A stretch of DNA of 32,000 bases, from the NCBI RefSeq assembly GCF_000014265.1, contig NC_008312.1:600001-632000 (forward strand). The letters run 5' to 3'. The DNA comes from Trichodesmium erythraeum IMS101 (GTDB lineage Bacteria > Cyanobacteriota > Cyanobacteriia > Cyanobacteriales > Microcoleaceae). Both the position numbers and the translations under genes were made by a program. Under the pieces are notes generated by a model. The model worked only from the letters and a program-made list of their open reading frames with translations. It ran no database searches and had not been told where the DNA came from. Position 1 is the stretch's first letter. Every line of letters begins with the position of its first letter. Shown here in pieces: positions 1-9,070 of the stretch.

Positions 1-83
1 TAACGATTAACTTTAATGACCTTTTTGATGGTAACAGCGGCAAAGATATCCTCCAAGATACCGTTGCTGCCTATCTTATATAA
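1..83 (+). CDS. 3' end of an upstream paralogue of the 305-3121 gene (cadherin-like/RTX junction) that terminates early; possibly a decaying copy
   Basis: nt 1-95 align by eye, in the same frame, with nt 2452-2546 (TINFNDLFDGNSGKDIL vs TINVNDLFDGNSGNDIL). TAA at 81-83 falls where the intact gene continues into RTX repeats. Weak residual similarity continues to about nt 130. Confidence 0.5.
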   Translation, partial: TINFNDLFDGNSGKDILQDTVAAYLI

Positions 84-304
84 GGTTTAGCTGAAGGCAG
101 AAAGCAAAAGGAGCAAGGCTTGGAGCTATTTTTCTTGAAAACTACTGGTTTTCACAAATGATTTAGGATGGCTATATAACCGGATTATATCTAACAATGG
201 AAAGCACTGTTGTATTTGTACTACAATAAGTGTCTTTGGGTAAGTCCTAATATTTCAATATCAGGCAAGCATTTATCTATTAACCTATTTCCTACAAAAA
301 AACT

Positions 305-3121
305 ATGAAACTAAACACAAAAAGTATAGTAATAATAGATGCTAGTGTAGAGAACTACCAGCAATTATTAAACGGAGTCATTCCCGGAGTTAAACCTTTT
401 CTCCTCGGCGGCGACACTGACGGTATCCAACAGATAGGGGATATCCTCCAAAAACATCCAGAAACGGATACTCTTCATATTATCTCCCACGGTTCTCCTG
501 GTTGTCTGTATCTGGGAAATAGCCAATTGAGTTTGGATACTCTCAAAGGCTATGAGCCCCAACTACAACAATGGCAACTGGACAACCTTCTGCTCTATGG
601 TTGTAACGTCGCTGCCGGGGATGGGGGAGAAGAGTTTATTGATAAGTTGCATCGGTTGACGGGGGCTGAGATAGCGGCTTCTAAGTCTTTGACTGGGGCG
701 GCAGTTAAAGGGGGGAACTGGGAGTTGGAGGTGAGGACGGGCCAAACCAAACCCTCTCTGGCATTGCAAGTAGAAGCGATGGCTAGCTACTCTGATACTC
801 TTGAACTGCAATTTGAATGGGCTAAACATATCGGCGGTCAAGGTTTGACCTATGTTTATCGCATAACCACAGATAGCATCGGCAATGTTTTGGTGGCGGG
901 TGTTTTTGATGACAATATTGATATCGATGGCGACGGGAACAATGATTTTACCTCTAATAAGGATAGCAGCACCCGGGATGCTTATGTAGCCAAGTTCGAC
1001 AGCAATGGCAATTGGATCTGGGCTAAACAGATCGGCGGTAGGGGTTCTGAGGATATTAAAACGATAACCACAGACAGCAGCGGCAATGTCTTGGTGGCGG
1101 GTGGTTTTGGTGGCAACATTGATATCGACGGCGATGGAAACAATGATTTTTCCTCTAATAATGATTCCTCTAATAATGATGCTTTTGCGGCTAAGTTAGA
1201 CAGCAATGGCAATTTGGTCTGGGCTAAACAGATCGGCGGTAGCGTCACTACAGGTAACTATATTTCTGGCATAATCACAGACAGCAGTGGCAATGCCTTG
1301 GTGGCGGGTACTTTTAAGGGCAACATTGACATCGACGGCGATGGGAACAATGATTTTACCTCTAATAATGATGGCAGCAACGATTCTTATGTAGCTAAGT
1401 TTGACAGCAATGGCAATTTGGTCTGGGCTAAACGTATTGGCGGTAGCAATGGTAACTCTTCTGGTGCCATAACCATAGACAGCAGTGACAATGTCTTGGT
1501 GGCGGGTGGTTTTAAGGGCAACATTGATATCGACGATGATGGGAACAATAATTTTACCTCTAATGGGGAGGCGGATAGTTATGTAGCCAAGTTCGACAGC
1601 AATGGCAATTTTGTCTGGGCTAAACAGTTCGGCAGTATCCGTGCTGACTATATTAATAGCATAACCACAGACAGCAACGGCAATGTCTTGGTGGGGGGTC
1701 TTTTTAATAGCTACATTGACATCGACGGCGATGGGAACAATGATTTTACCTCAATTAGCGACATCGATGGTTATGTAGCCAAGTTAGACAGCAATGGCAA
1801 TTTGGTCTGGGCTAAACAGTTCGGCAGTAGCCTTGGTGGGGTTGTTAGGAGCCTGACCACAGACAGCAGCGGCAATGTCTTGGTGGTGGGTAATTTTAGT
1901 GGTGACGTTGACATCGACGGCGATGGGAACAATGATTTTACCTCTAATGGTAATGGTAACCATACTTTTACAGCCAAGTACGACAGCAATGGCAATTTGG
2001 TCTGGGTTAAACATAATCTACACAACGCCTACACCATAACCACAGACAGCAGCGGCAATGTCTTGATGGTGAGTGATTTTAATGGCAACATTGACATTGA
2101 CGGCGATGGGGACAATGATTTTACCTCTAATGGGGACAGGAATGGTTTGGTGGTGAAGTTCTCGGACGATACTAACTCCCCTCCCACGGATATCGCCCTC
2201 AGCAACAACACCATCGACGAAAACGTAGCAGCGAATACCCCGATAGGCAATCTCTCCAGCACAGACCCCGATACTGGAGATACCTTTACCTACAGTTTAG
2301 TCTCAGGTGCCGGAGACACCGACAACGGAACCTTCAACATCAGCGGAGACGAACTAACAATTAAAAGTTCCCCCGACTACGAAAACAAACCGAGTTACAG
2401 CATCAGAGTTGAAACCACCGATGCAGCAGGAGAAACTTATCAGAAGGAATTAACGATTAACGTTAACGACCTTTTTGACGGTAACAGCGGCAACGACATC
2501 CTCCGAGGCACCGCTGCCGCTGATTCCATCTACGGTTTAGAAGGGCGCGACAAGTTGTACGGCAAAGGCGGTAACGATATCATATCTGGAGGAGCAGACA
2601 GCGATATCGTTAAAGGTGACAGCGGTGACGACCAACTCAACGGCGATGATGGTCGGGACAGGCTTTATGGTGGTACCGGTAACGATATCATATCTGGAGG
2701 AGAAGACAAAGACATCGTTAAAGGTGACAGCGGCGACGACCAACTTAACGGTGATGCTGGTCCAGACAGGCTTTACGGTGGCACCGGCAACGACATTTTA
2801 CTCGGAGGAGACGGCAACGACTTACTTTATGGTCAAGGCGGAGACGACGAGCTTAATGGCGGACCTGGCATGGACAGACTTTACGGCAGTGACGGTATTG
2901 ATACCTTTGTCTTAGGGGAGGGCCAGGAACGCGATAGCATCTACAATTTCGCGGTCGGTACAGATAAAATCAAGTTAGAGGGCAGTCTGAGTTTTGGCCA
3001 ATTGCAGATTTTCCCAAGGGGTTCTTCTAGTTTAATTGAAGTCACTGCTACTGGAGAAGAATTGGCTATTGTGTTGGGGGTTAATGCGGCGGATATTAAC
3101 GACGGCAGCGTATTTATCTAG
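305..3121 (+). CDS. Large secreted surface/adhesin-like protein: N-terminal DUF4347-like domain, seven SBBP-type beta-propeller repeats, one cadherin-like domain, RTX Ca-binding nonapeptides and a C-terminal non-repeat tail
   Basis: 938-aa ORF. The N-terminus (IVIIDASV..LHIISHGSPGCLYLG..YGCNVAAG..GGNWELE) matches my memory of DUF4347. Seven ~62-70-aa units follow (ITTDSSGNVLVAG.F.GNIDIDGDGNNDFTSN...YVAKFDSNGNLVWAKQ.GG). PPTDIALSNNTIDENVAANTPIGNLSSTDPDTGDTFTYSL.. is cadherin-like. GGxGxD repeats follow (GNDIISGG.D.DIVKGDSGDDQLNGD..). Confidence 0.9.
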   Translation: MKLNTKSIVIIDASVENYQQLLNGVIPGVKPFLLGGDTDGIQQIGDILQKHPETDTLHIISHGSPGCLYLGNSQLSLDTLKGYEPQLQQWQLDNLLLYGCNVAAGDGGEEFIDKLHRLTGAEIAASKSLTGAAVKGGNWELEVRTGQTKPSLALQVEAMASYSDTLELQFEWAKHIGGQGLTYVYRITTDSIGNVLVAGVFDDNIDIDGDGNNDFTSNKDSSTRDAYVAKFDSNGNWIWAKQIGGRGSEDIKTITTDSSGNVLVAGGFGGNIDIDGDGNNDFSSNNDSSNNDAFAAKLDSNGNLVWAKQIGGSVTTGNYISGIITDSSGNALVAGTFKGNIDIDGDGNNDFTSNNDGSNDSYVAKFDSNGNLVWAKRIGGSNGNSSGAITIDSSDNVLVAGGFKGNIDIDDDGNNNFTSNGEADSYVAKFDSNGNFVWAKQFGSIRADYINSITTDSNGNVLVGGLFNSYIDIDGDGNNDFTSISDIDGYVAKLDSNGNLVWAKQFGSSLGGVVRSLTTDSSGNVLVVGNFSGDVDIDGDGNNDFTSNGNGNHTFTAKYDSNGNLVWVKHNLHNAYTITTDSSGNVLMVSDFNGNIDIDGDGDNDFTSNGDRNGLVVKFSDDTNSPPTDIALSNNTIDENVAANTPIGNLSSTDPDTGDTFTYSLVSGAGDTDNGTFNISGDELTIKSSPDYENKPSYSIRVETTDAAGETYQKELTINVNDLFDGNSGNDILRGTAAADSIYGLEGRDKLYGKGGNDIISGGADSDIVKGDSGDDQLNGDDGRDRLYGGTGNDIISGGEDKDIVKGDSGDDQLNGDAGPDRLYGGTGNDILLGGDGNDLLYGQGGDDELNGGPGMDRLYGSDGIDTFVLGEGQERDSIYNFAVGTDKIKLEGSLSFGQLQIFPRGSSSLIEVTATGEELAIVLGVNAADINDGSVFI
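842..2170 (+). repeat. Seven tandem ~190-200-bp coding repeats (SBBP-like propeller blades) inside the 305-3121 CDS
   Basis: ITTDS/IITDS/ITIDS/LTTDS motifs recur seven times in the ORF translation. The repeats also generate several spurious antisense ORFs. Confidence 0.75.
2570..2785 (+). repeat. Two tandem 108-bp (36-aa) RTX repeat units
   Basis: ggtaacgatatcatatctggagga... starts at 2570 and again at 2678. The units are nearly identical at the nucleotide level. Confidence 0.8.
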
Positions 3122-3187
3122 TAGCTAGTGAACTGTTTTATCTCAAATATTTAGGGCCTGCTGAGAAAGTCTTTAATGCTAGGAAAT

Positions 3188-3217
3188 CCCGCGCTGTCTC
3201 CTAAGAGCAGCGCCGGG
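3188..3217 (+). terminator. GC-rich hairpin ~70 nt downstream of the 305-3121 stop; weak terminator candidate
   Basis: ccc-gcgctg / cagcgc-c-ggg stem with an 11-nt loop in an otherwise AT-rich spacer. No U-tract follows immediately. Confidence 0.3.
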
Positions 3218-3609
3218 AGGATGTCAAGAACACATTATTAACTAGTTAATTTTTTTGAGACATATTTGAACAGCCATTCAAAATTTTCTGGTGTCTGCCC
3301 ATATTGCTCCACTTTTTTGTACATCGTTGCAGCAAATATATCCTTGACTTAAAGATCCAAGTTTTTTGAATTTCTTCAGCCAGCCCTAATTATAACCAAT
3401 GCTACCAAAGCCTCATCTAGGATAATGAGCACCTTTTCCCAATTCACCCCTACCCTAACACTTAGCTATGCTATCATTTCCACTATTCTAACTACAGCAT
3501 ATTTAACTCCAGTATTAGCAGAAATTCCCAAATGGTCTACCTCAGCAACAGACCTCAAACCCCCATCAAAAAAATTAGCATCCGAAGCCAGCCCCACACC
3601 ACCTTCATT

Positions 3610-3618
3610 AAAAAAAAA
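3610..3618 (+). other. Homopolymeric A9 tract at the frameshift point (slippage-prone site)
   Basis: The sequence reads tta-aaaaaaaa-cg. Frame 2 reads LKKNEKF and runs to a stop at 3680-3682. Frame 0 has TAA at 3609-3611 and is then open to 5684. Confidence 0.8.
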
Positions 3619-5285
3619 CGAAAAATTCAACCACACCCTCAGACCCAAATTATATTATCCCGCCAAATATCGCTGCCGATAAAAAAATTAGCCCTATCAC
3701 TACAAGTTTACCCCTCAACGATATCCTTATCAGTCACCTCACAAAATGGCAGTTTAGTAGTTCCCAAGCTTTTGCCAATACTGCCAACAATGACATTATT
3801 TTAAATGGTATCTTTAAACTTAACGGTAGAGTTATGGAAAGCTTAACCCGCGATAATATTTATACCGTAGATCAAAAGGCCAGTTATTTACAACTGCGAA
3901 GTGTTTCCCTAGATAGAAAAGTTACTACCAGAACAATTGAACCCAAAAGTCTGACCGGGTTAGAAATTTCCATGAGTTTAACAGCAGATTGTATTTTTCC
4001 AGATACTCCCAACGACCAAAAATGTAGCTATACCCCTAGTATAATTACAGATCGCAATAGCATAGATTCAGATTTTTTAGTACCCACCCGCATCTCACAA
4101 ACTTCTCAAGCAGGGGAAATTGTGAAACCAGAAACCTTAGCCTTCATGGAGCGCCCCGGTTTTCAAGCAGGAACAAGCACTCAACCTATAGGACTAGAGT
4201 TGTATTTTCCCAATGCCGGTGCTTTTCCTGGAAACACTCAATCTCAAAAAACTCAAATTGAGCGGAAAGAAGAAAACAATTATACAGCTTTCACCATAAA
4301 CTCACGAATTCGTCAAGTTGTCAAAGCTAACGATACAGAAGCAGTTCTCGGGCGCACAATTCAGGGTTTTGTATTTTTTGACGATGAAAACCAGGGGTTA
4401 AATACAACCATTCAAGGGGTGGCGCAATTTTTACCCGATATCATTCCCGACTTAAAAGGCAGTGAAAATCCTGTCAACTCCAGGATCAACCGCCATTTAT
4501 TTTTAGCCCCTAACAATACTCGTTTACCCGGCAACAGTTATACCATCTATTCCGCTGGAGTAGGTAGAGCCAAAAGTTTAACACCTGATATCACCAGCTT
4601 AAGTCAAGTTCCCAAAGGAAGTTATCATAGTATTTGGTTAGGTCTTTCCCCCATTATTGACCGTAGTATTAACCAAGGCCGTACATTCTATGACCCCACA
4701 AGTCCACAAGTAGCGACCACCAGTTCTGGCAGTGAAGGTGGGGAAGGTAGTAATGTAGATTTCACCTCTGCAATTAATCAAGACACATTTTCCACAGTTA
4801 GTCAAGACACATTTTCCACTCCCAACCTCCGTAATTTCTATGTTCAAGTTTATCTCCAATTTTTAGAACAAGATGCTAACCTCGTTCAGGAAAGTATTTA
4901 TCAGGAGAAAACAAGTTACTATCCCCATCTGAGCTTTGCCGGAAACTGGACTGGTCCTCAAGATCTTTTCCGTTATTATACTGGTGCCATTGCCTCTGAA
5001 AAAATTAAGTTTTACCTGGGTTTTGACTATACTATTAGTACAGTAAATGGTTGGAAGTTTCGCACTGGTGGCATCGGTTATATTAATCCAGATCGGGATT
5101 ATTACAGCCAAATTTTTGGCAATGCTACCAAAACATTTCGGATTAGTAAAAATGCTAATTTTACCTTGTCAACATTCTTTAATTATGCTATTGATCGGGA
5201 TACTAAAATTGGTAGTGTTGTCAGCAATTCACCTGCTAGCGCACTTGCTGCCAGAGCTCGTTTGAATTGGATAAAAGGTTCTGTT

Positions 5286-5477
5286 GGTGTCACCTACTAT
5301 TTTGGTAATGTTATACCCAATTCTTTTGAAAACCGCTTATTGCTAGAGTTGAGTATTCGTCCGCTCAAAACAGTTACTTTTGGTGTTACCTACTCTTGGG
5401 CTAAAGTTATACCCAATTCTTTTGAAGATCGCTTATTGCTAAAGTTGAGTATTCGTCCGCTCCCAACAGTTACTTTC
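5286..5477 (+). repeat. Tandem 96-bp (32-aa) duplication inside the 3834-5684 ORF
   Basis: GVTYYFGNVIPNSFENRLLLELSIRPLKTVTF is followed by GVTYSWAKVIPNSFEDRLLLKLSIRPLPTVTF. gttatacccaattcttttgaa occurs at 5310 and 5406. Confidence 0.85.
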
Positions 5478-6211
5478 TCTAGCTTTGTTGCACCAATTGA
5501 TAAAACTTCTAATTCCTCTCCCTATGGTGCCAGTGTAACTTGGAAACTGAAAAATAAATATAACAGTCCGACCCTATCTTTGAATTGGCAAAATCAGAAA
5601 CATAATTATGCTGATGACCCTTTTGGAAATGAAATTATCGTAAATGATAATAATTTTACAGTCATGTTTCGCCTTAGTAAGTAGAGGCAATTTATGAATT
5701 TCCCCTAAAAAAGTTAAATTTTCAACTAACCCAAGTTTGTTATCGTACTAATTACTAATTCCATAGTTATACCAAGTTCAGCAATTAATAAATATTGACC
5801 AGTATTCATCGCATTCCGAGGAACAGTTAAACGTTATAAACAATAAAAAAACTTTACATTTTAGAATCCAAAAAAACTAAATTTGAGTAATTACTATCAT
5901 AATTAATAGTCAACTTTAAATTGCGACTTTTATCAGTAATTATAGCTGACTGTTTTGCCAAATTAATAAACGCCTAATCAATTTATTCAGAGTTAAAATC
6001 AAACCCTCAAAAAAAAAGTATTAACAGTTTTTTTTTCTTTGAAATTATACTTATTGGAAGGTAAATAAAACTCTAATTTACTCTTATCATTAACAGCAAA
6101 ATAACGGTGAATACCTGTAGAAAATGGCATAGTTTTTTGATAGAAATTTGTTTGATAAAATCCCATTTTCAGAATATTACCCCGCAATATATAGGTATAA
6201 TTAAATTCAAA

Positions 6212-6431
6212 CAGGACTTATGCAAAGGCGCTATGTAGTGCATGACAATTTTGACAATTTTCACTATAGCTTTAGGGCTTAGGGGAGATTAGCCTTAGCG
6301 ATCGCCTAACTATTTTTATTCAAAAAACCAATAGTAGTTCAAGTTAAATAACCTTTCTTAAAAAAACTAATTATAGTATTGATAATTCAGTATGACATTA
6401 AGCTACATATAGCGTACCCGTGTAAGTCCTG
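6212..6431. mobile_element. ~220-bp MITE-like element with ~30-bp imperfect terminal inverted repeats of the GGACTTAY family; contains a HIP1 site
   Basis: The left end is aggacttatgcaaaggcgctatgtag. The reverse complement of the right end is aggacttacacgggtacgctatatgtag. No coding capacity and no clear target-site duplication. Confidence 0.4.
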
Positions 6432-6628
6432 ATTAAATTAACCCGTTTACCTGTATCAATTTCACTACCTAAAATTGAAGCCGCCCGCACATTCGGAGCA
6501 AAAATATCAAGGGTATATCCTACCATCTCCGGTAATATTAAAGGCACTACTGCAAACATGACAACTTGAGATAAATTTGCTCTAGTAGAACATAAACTCT
6601 CATAAATACCAACCGTTGCCAGTTCCAT
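6398..6628 (-). pseudogene. Fragment of a PhnE-type (phosphonate) ABC transporter permease; only ~55 aa of homology, truncated on both sides
   Basis: ESLCSTRANLSQVVMFAVVPLILPEMVGYTLDIFAPNVRAASILG resembles the conserved PhnE segment EALRATGA..LQVI.YAV.PQ.LP....Y.LYRFE.NVR.ATILG as I recall it. The last ~12 codons come from the adjacent MITE end. Confidence 0.45.
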
Positions 6629-6873
6629 ACTCTGAGAAAAACTTACCTATTATACGATCGCTTTCGTTCTTTATAACATTCTTTTTTAAAATTGGTATAA
6701 GCAGCTTTTGTAACAGAAATTACTGAACTTTCTTGTAGAAACTTTTTTTGCTATTTTTGCTAGTATGATAAAAGTTATTGTAAAATCAATTTTAAGAAAC
6801 CTTCATAATAAGCATCCAATAAGTTAAGCTAGTCTATTAGAAAAATTATTGGGTGTAACAATGGAGGTAATAG

Positions 6874-7626
6874 GTGCAAATTACTAAACGTAACATTAAT
6901 TTAACAGTTGATGACAGTTTAATGCGTGTATATGTGGCAACCCCTAAACCACCAGGAACTTACCCAGGTATTATATTTTACAGCGACATCTATCAGCTAG
7001 GAGGCCCAATAATTCGTCTAGCTAACTATTTAGCAGGATATGGTTATGTAGTTGCTGCCCCAGAAATATTTCATCGAACAGAGTCAATAGGTCTTGTTAT
7101 TGAGCCAGATGACTTAGGGCGGATGCGGGGTAATGATAATGCACGTCGAACAGCAGTATCTGAGTATGATGCAGATACCCAAGCTGTTATTGAATTTCTC
7201 AAAGCAGAAAGTTCTGTTGCCGCGGATCAAATAGGAGCTATGGGTTTTTGTATTGGTGGCCATTTAGCCTTCCGGGCTGCTTTTGAAAAAGAGATTAAAG
7301 CTACAGTGTGTTGTTATCCCACCGGCATTCCTAGTGGCAAGTTAGGTAAAGGAGTTGCTGATACTATTAAACGAGTCAGTGAAATTAAAGGTGAGATACT
7401 TATTGTTTTTGGTAGTAAAGATCCTCATACACCAGAAAGCGATCGCCAAACTATGATTCAAACTCTAGAGCAAACTGGTGTAACTCACAAAATTTTCTTA
7501 TATGAAGCAGAGCATACTTTCATGCGTGATGATGGTTATCGTTATGACTCTGTTGCAACGACTAAAGCTTGGTCTGAAATCACACCTTTTTTTAATAGTG
7601 TGTTTAAAAATAATGGTAATAAATAG
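6874..7626 (+). CDS. Dienelactone hydrolase family protein
   Basis: 250-aa ORF with a GTG start preceded by ggagg (6863-6867). It has a GFCIGG nucleophile-elbow-like motif and alpha/beta-hydrolase layout with a C-terminal AEHTF. Confidence 0.8.
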   Translation: MQITKRNINLTVDDSLMRVYVATPKPPGTYPGIIFYSDIYQLGGPIIRLANYLAGYGYVVAAPEIFHRTESIGLVIEPDDLGRMRGNDNARRTAVSEYDADTQAVIEFLKAESSVAADQIGAMGFCIGGHLAFRAAFEKEIKATVCCYPTGIPSGKLGKGVADTIKRVSEIKGEILIVFGSKDPHTPESDRQTMIQTLEQTGVTHKIFLYEAEHTFMRDDGYRYDSVATTKAWSEITPFFNSVFKNNGNK

Positions 7627-8019
7627 ATTAGGAGTTACCCCCGGGAGCCCTCAGTTTTTAGGATAAATCCTTATTTTTAAGAATAGACACCTAGGAAAAA
7701 ACTAAGTTTCAGGGCTCATGTGGGTGGTTTTTGGAGATATCTCCAGAATTATATTAGTTAAGACTTACGCAGAATAAAGTAATTCTTTCATTGCCAGGGA
7801 GAGTCTTTGGGTTTCATCTGGGTAGCAAAGTAGTCTGTCAGGATAGTAGTCTCGAACATTTAACTGAACTTCAGCCCTAATAAAAATCGCAAAATCTCCA
7901 GCCGAAGGTAGTTAAACGGTTTTTTTCAACTATTCTGACTGTGGGTACAATAGCTAGCAATACTTAATCCATGGAGTCTTTTGATCTACTGTATCTATGT
8001 AAATGAGGACTTACCCACC

Positions 8020-8757
8020 AAGCGCCATTTTTAGTAAAGTTTAATGGTATTTTTCCCCTACAAAACGGAAAAACAACGGATAGAGTCTACGTAGTAGAAA
8101 GAATAAATTTAGAGATTGATAGATTAGTTGCTCTAGCTACAAATAAGCCTGGTGTCAAACCACTGCTTGTGAATGGGAAGCCACTAAAAAGTGTCAATTA
8201 ACTATAAAACACAAGGGTAAAGCTAAGTACCAAAGTGTGCTCAAAGACCAGAAAAAAACTAGCCATAAGATTGAAGGGTTAACCTATCACCGAAATCGTT
8301 TTGTGGAGAATTATCTGCATAATACCAGTTTCTTAGTGGTTGAGTATTTAAGCACAAATAATATTGGTACTGTAGTCATAGGCAAAAATGATAATTGGAA
8401 ACAAGATGCAAACATCGGTAAAAAAAAACATCAAAACTTTACCCAAATACCCCCCTATAAGCTAATTCAACAGATAACTTATAAATGTCAACTAGCTGGG
8501 ATAAAAGTCATTGAAACGGATATTGTTACACCAGTCAAACTTCTGCACTTGACCAACAGCCACCAATTAAATATGAAACTTATGGAAGTAAACGAGTCAA
8601 ACGTTGTTTATTCAGGAGTGCAACTGGTATAGTCATTAATGCCGATATCAATGGCAGTCTTCAAATTTAAGACAATAAATTCCCAGAGGCATTTACTGCC
8701 GAGGGAATAGTGAGTTATGCGGTAGAGCCTGTATTGGTTAATCTAATATCAAGATAA
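8020..8757 (+). pseudogene. tnpB: TnpB (IS200/IS605-family RNA-guided nuclease) relic: 5'-truncated, frameshifted, internal stops, RuvC-I motif degraded
   Basis: YVVERINLEIDRLVALATNKPGVKPLLVNGKPLKSVN reads in one frame. ORF 8237-8632 follows (NNIGTVVIGKNDNWKQDANIGKKKHQNFTQIPPYKLIQQITYKCQLAGIKVIE). After a shifted frame comes YTSQTSALDQQPPIKYETYGSKRVKRCLFRSATGIVINADINGSLQI*, then ..EGIVSYAVEPVLVNLISR*. INLE stands where IDLG is expected. Confidence 0.7.
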
Positions 8758-8965
8758 AAGCTGTTAGGATTTTCTACAGTTTTTTTTCGTACAGTTAAGA
8801 GCAAATTGAGAACACACTTCTTTGAACAAAAACTCTTCTAGGAAGACCCTTACAGTTGTCTACCATGAGAAAACTGCTATAAGTCCTGTTAGACTTTTCT
8901 CAAAGCTTTGTAGTAATCGTTTTTCCCTAAGATGAAATAACTATAATAATCCTAAATGATTTGTG

Positions 8966-9034
8966 AAAAAAACTCTAGGGGTTTGGTCATATCAATCCTA
9001 TTTTTGGTTAGGTAATGAGAGCAAACCCCCTTAG
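8966..9034 (-). terminator. Candidate intrinsic terminator of msrA
   Basis: The minus-strand RNA has a ~11-bp stem (cuaaggggguuug / caaaccccuag, one bulge) with a ~37-nt loop. It is followed by ag + U7 (A-run 8966-8972 on the plus strand) and lies 37-105 nt past the msrA stop. Confidence 0.45.
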
Positions 9035-9070
9035 ATAAAACATTACAACCTATTAGGCGAATAGCTGTAT

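Larger units (their letters stand above)
3425..5684 (+). pseudogene. Secreted beta-rich protein (possible outer-membrane barrel), split by a 1-nt frameshift in an A9 tract into a signal-peptide ORF (3425-3682) and the main ORF (open from 3612, first ATG 3834)
   Basis: The 3425 ORF begins with a hydrophobic leader (LTLSYAIISTILTTAYLTPVLAE). The main-ORF frame is open from 3612. Deleting one A from 3610-3618 fuses both into one ~752-aa reading frame. The C-terminal half has alternating aromatic/polar beta-strand-like segments (GVTYYFG, YGASVTWKL, FTVMFRL). Confidence 0.6.

Noticed and set aside
368-2915. Track ORFs overlapping the 305-3121 gene: minus-strand 368-562, 563-841, 982-1248, 1771-2025, 1784-2014, 2029-2262, 2537-2743, and plus-strand 2616-2915
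   Set aside because: All lie inside or antisense to a long ORF with clear domain homology. Their translations are low-complexity echoes of the coding repeats (e.g. LPLLS.. repeats), with no start context or homology.
4638-5265. ORFs 4638-4859(-), 4863-5111(-) and 5047-5265(+) inside the 3834-5684 gene, plus 3466-3648(-) and 3532-3804(+) around the frameshift
   Set aside because: They are short, overlap the long ORF, and have no recognisable features. 3532-3804 is simply the third frame across the low-complexity leader region.
5685-6211. Minus-strand ORF 5999-6187 and surrounding AT-rich spacer; considered as the tail of a ShlB/FhaC-type transporter because it follows the RTX protein and the beta-rich protein
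   Set aside because: I could identify no convincing motif. The translation is low-complexity (K/N/F/Y-rich) and broken by stops on both sides.
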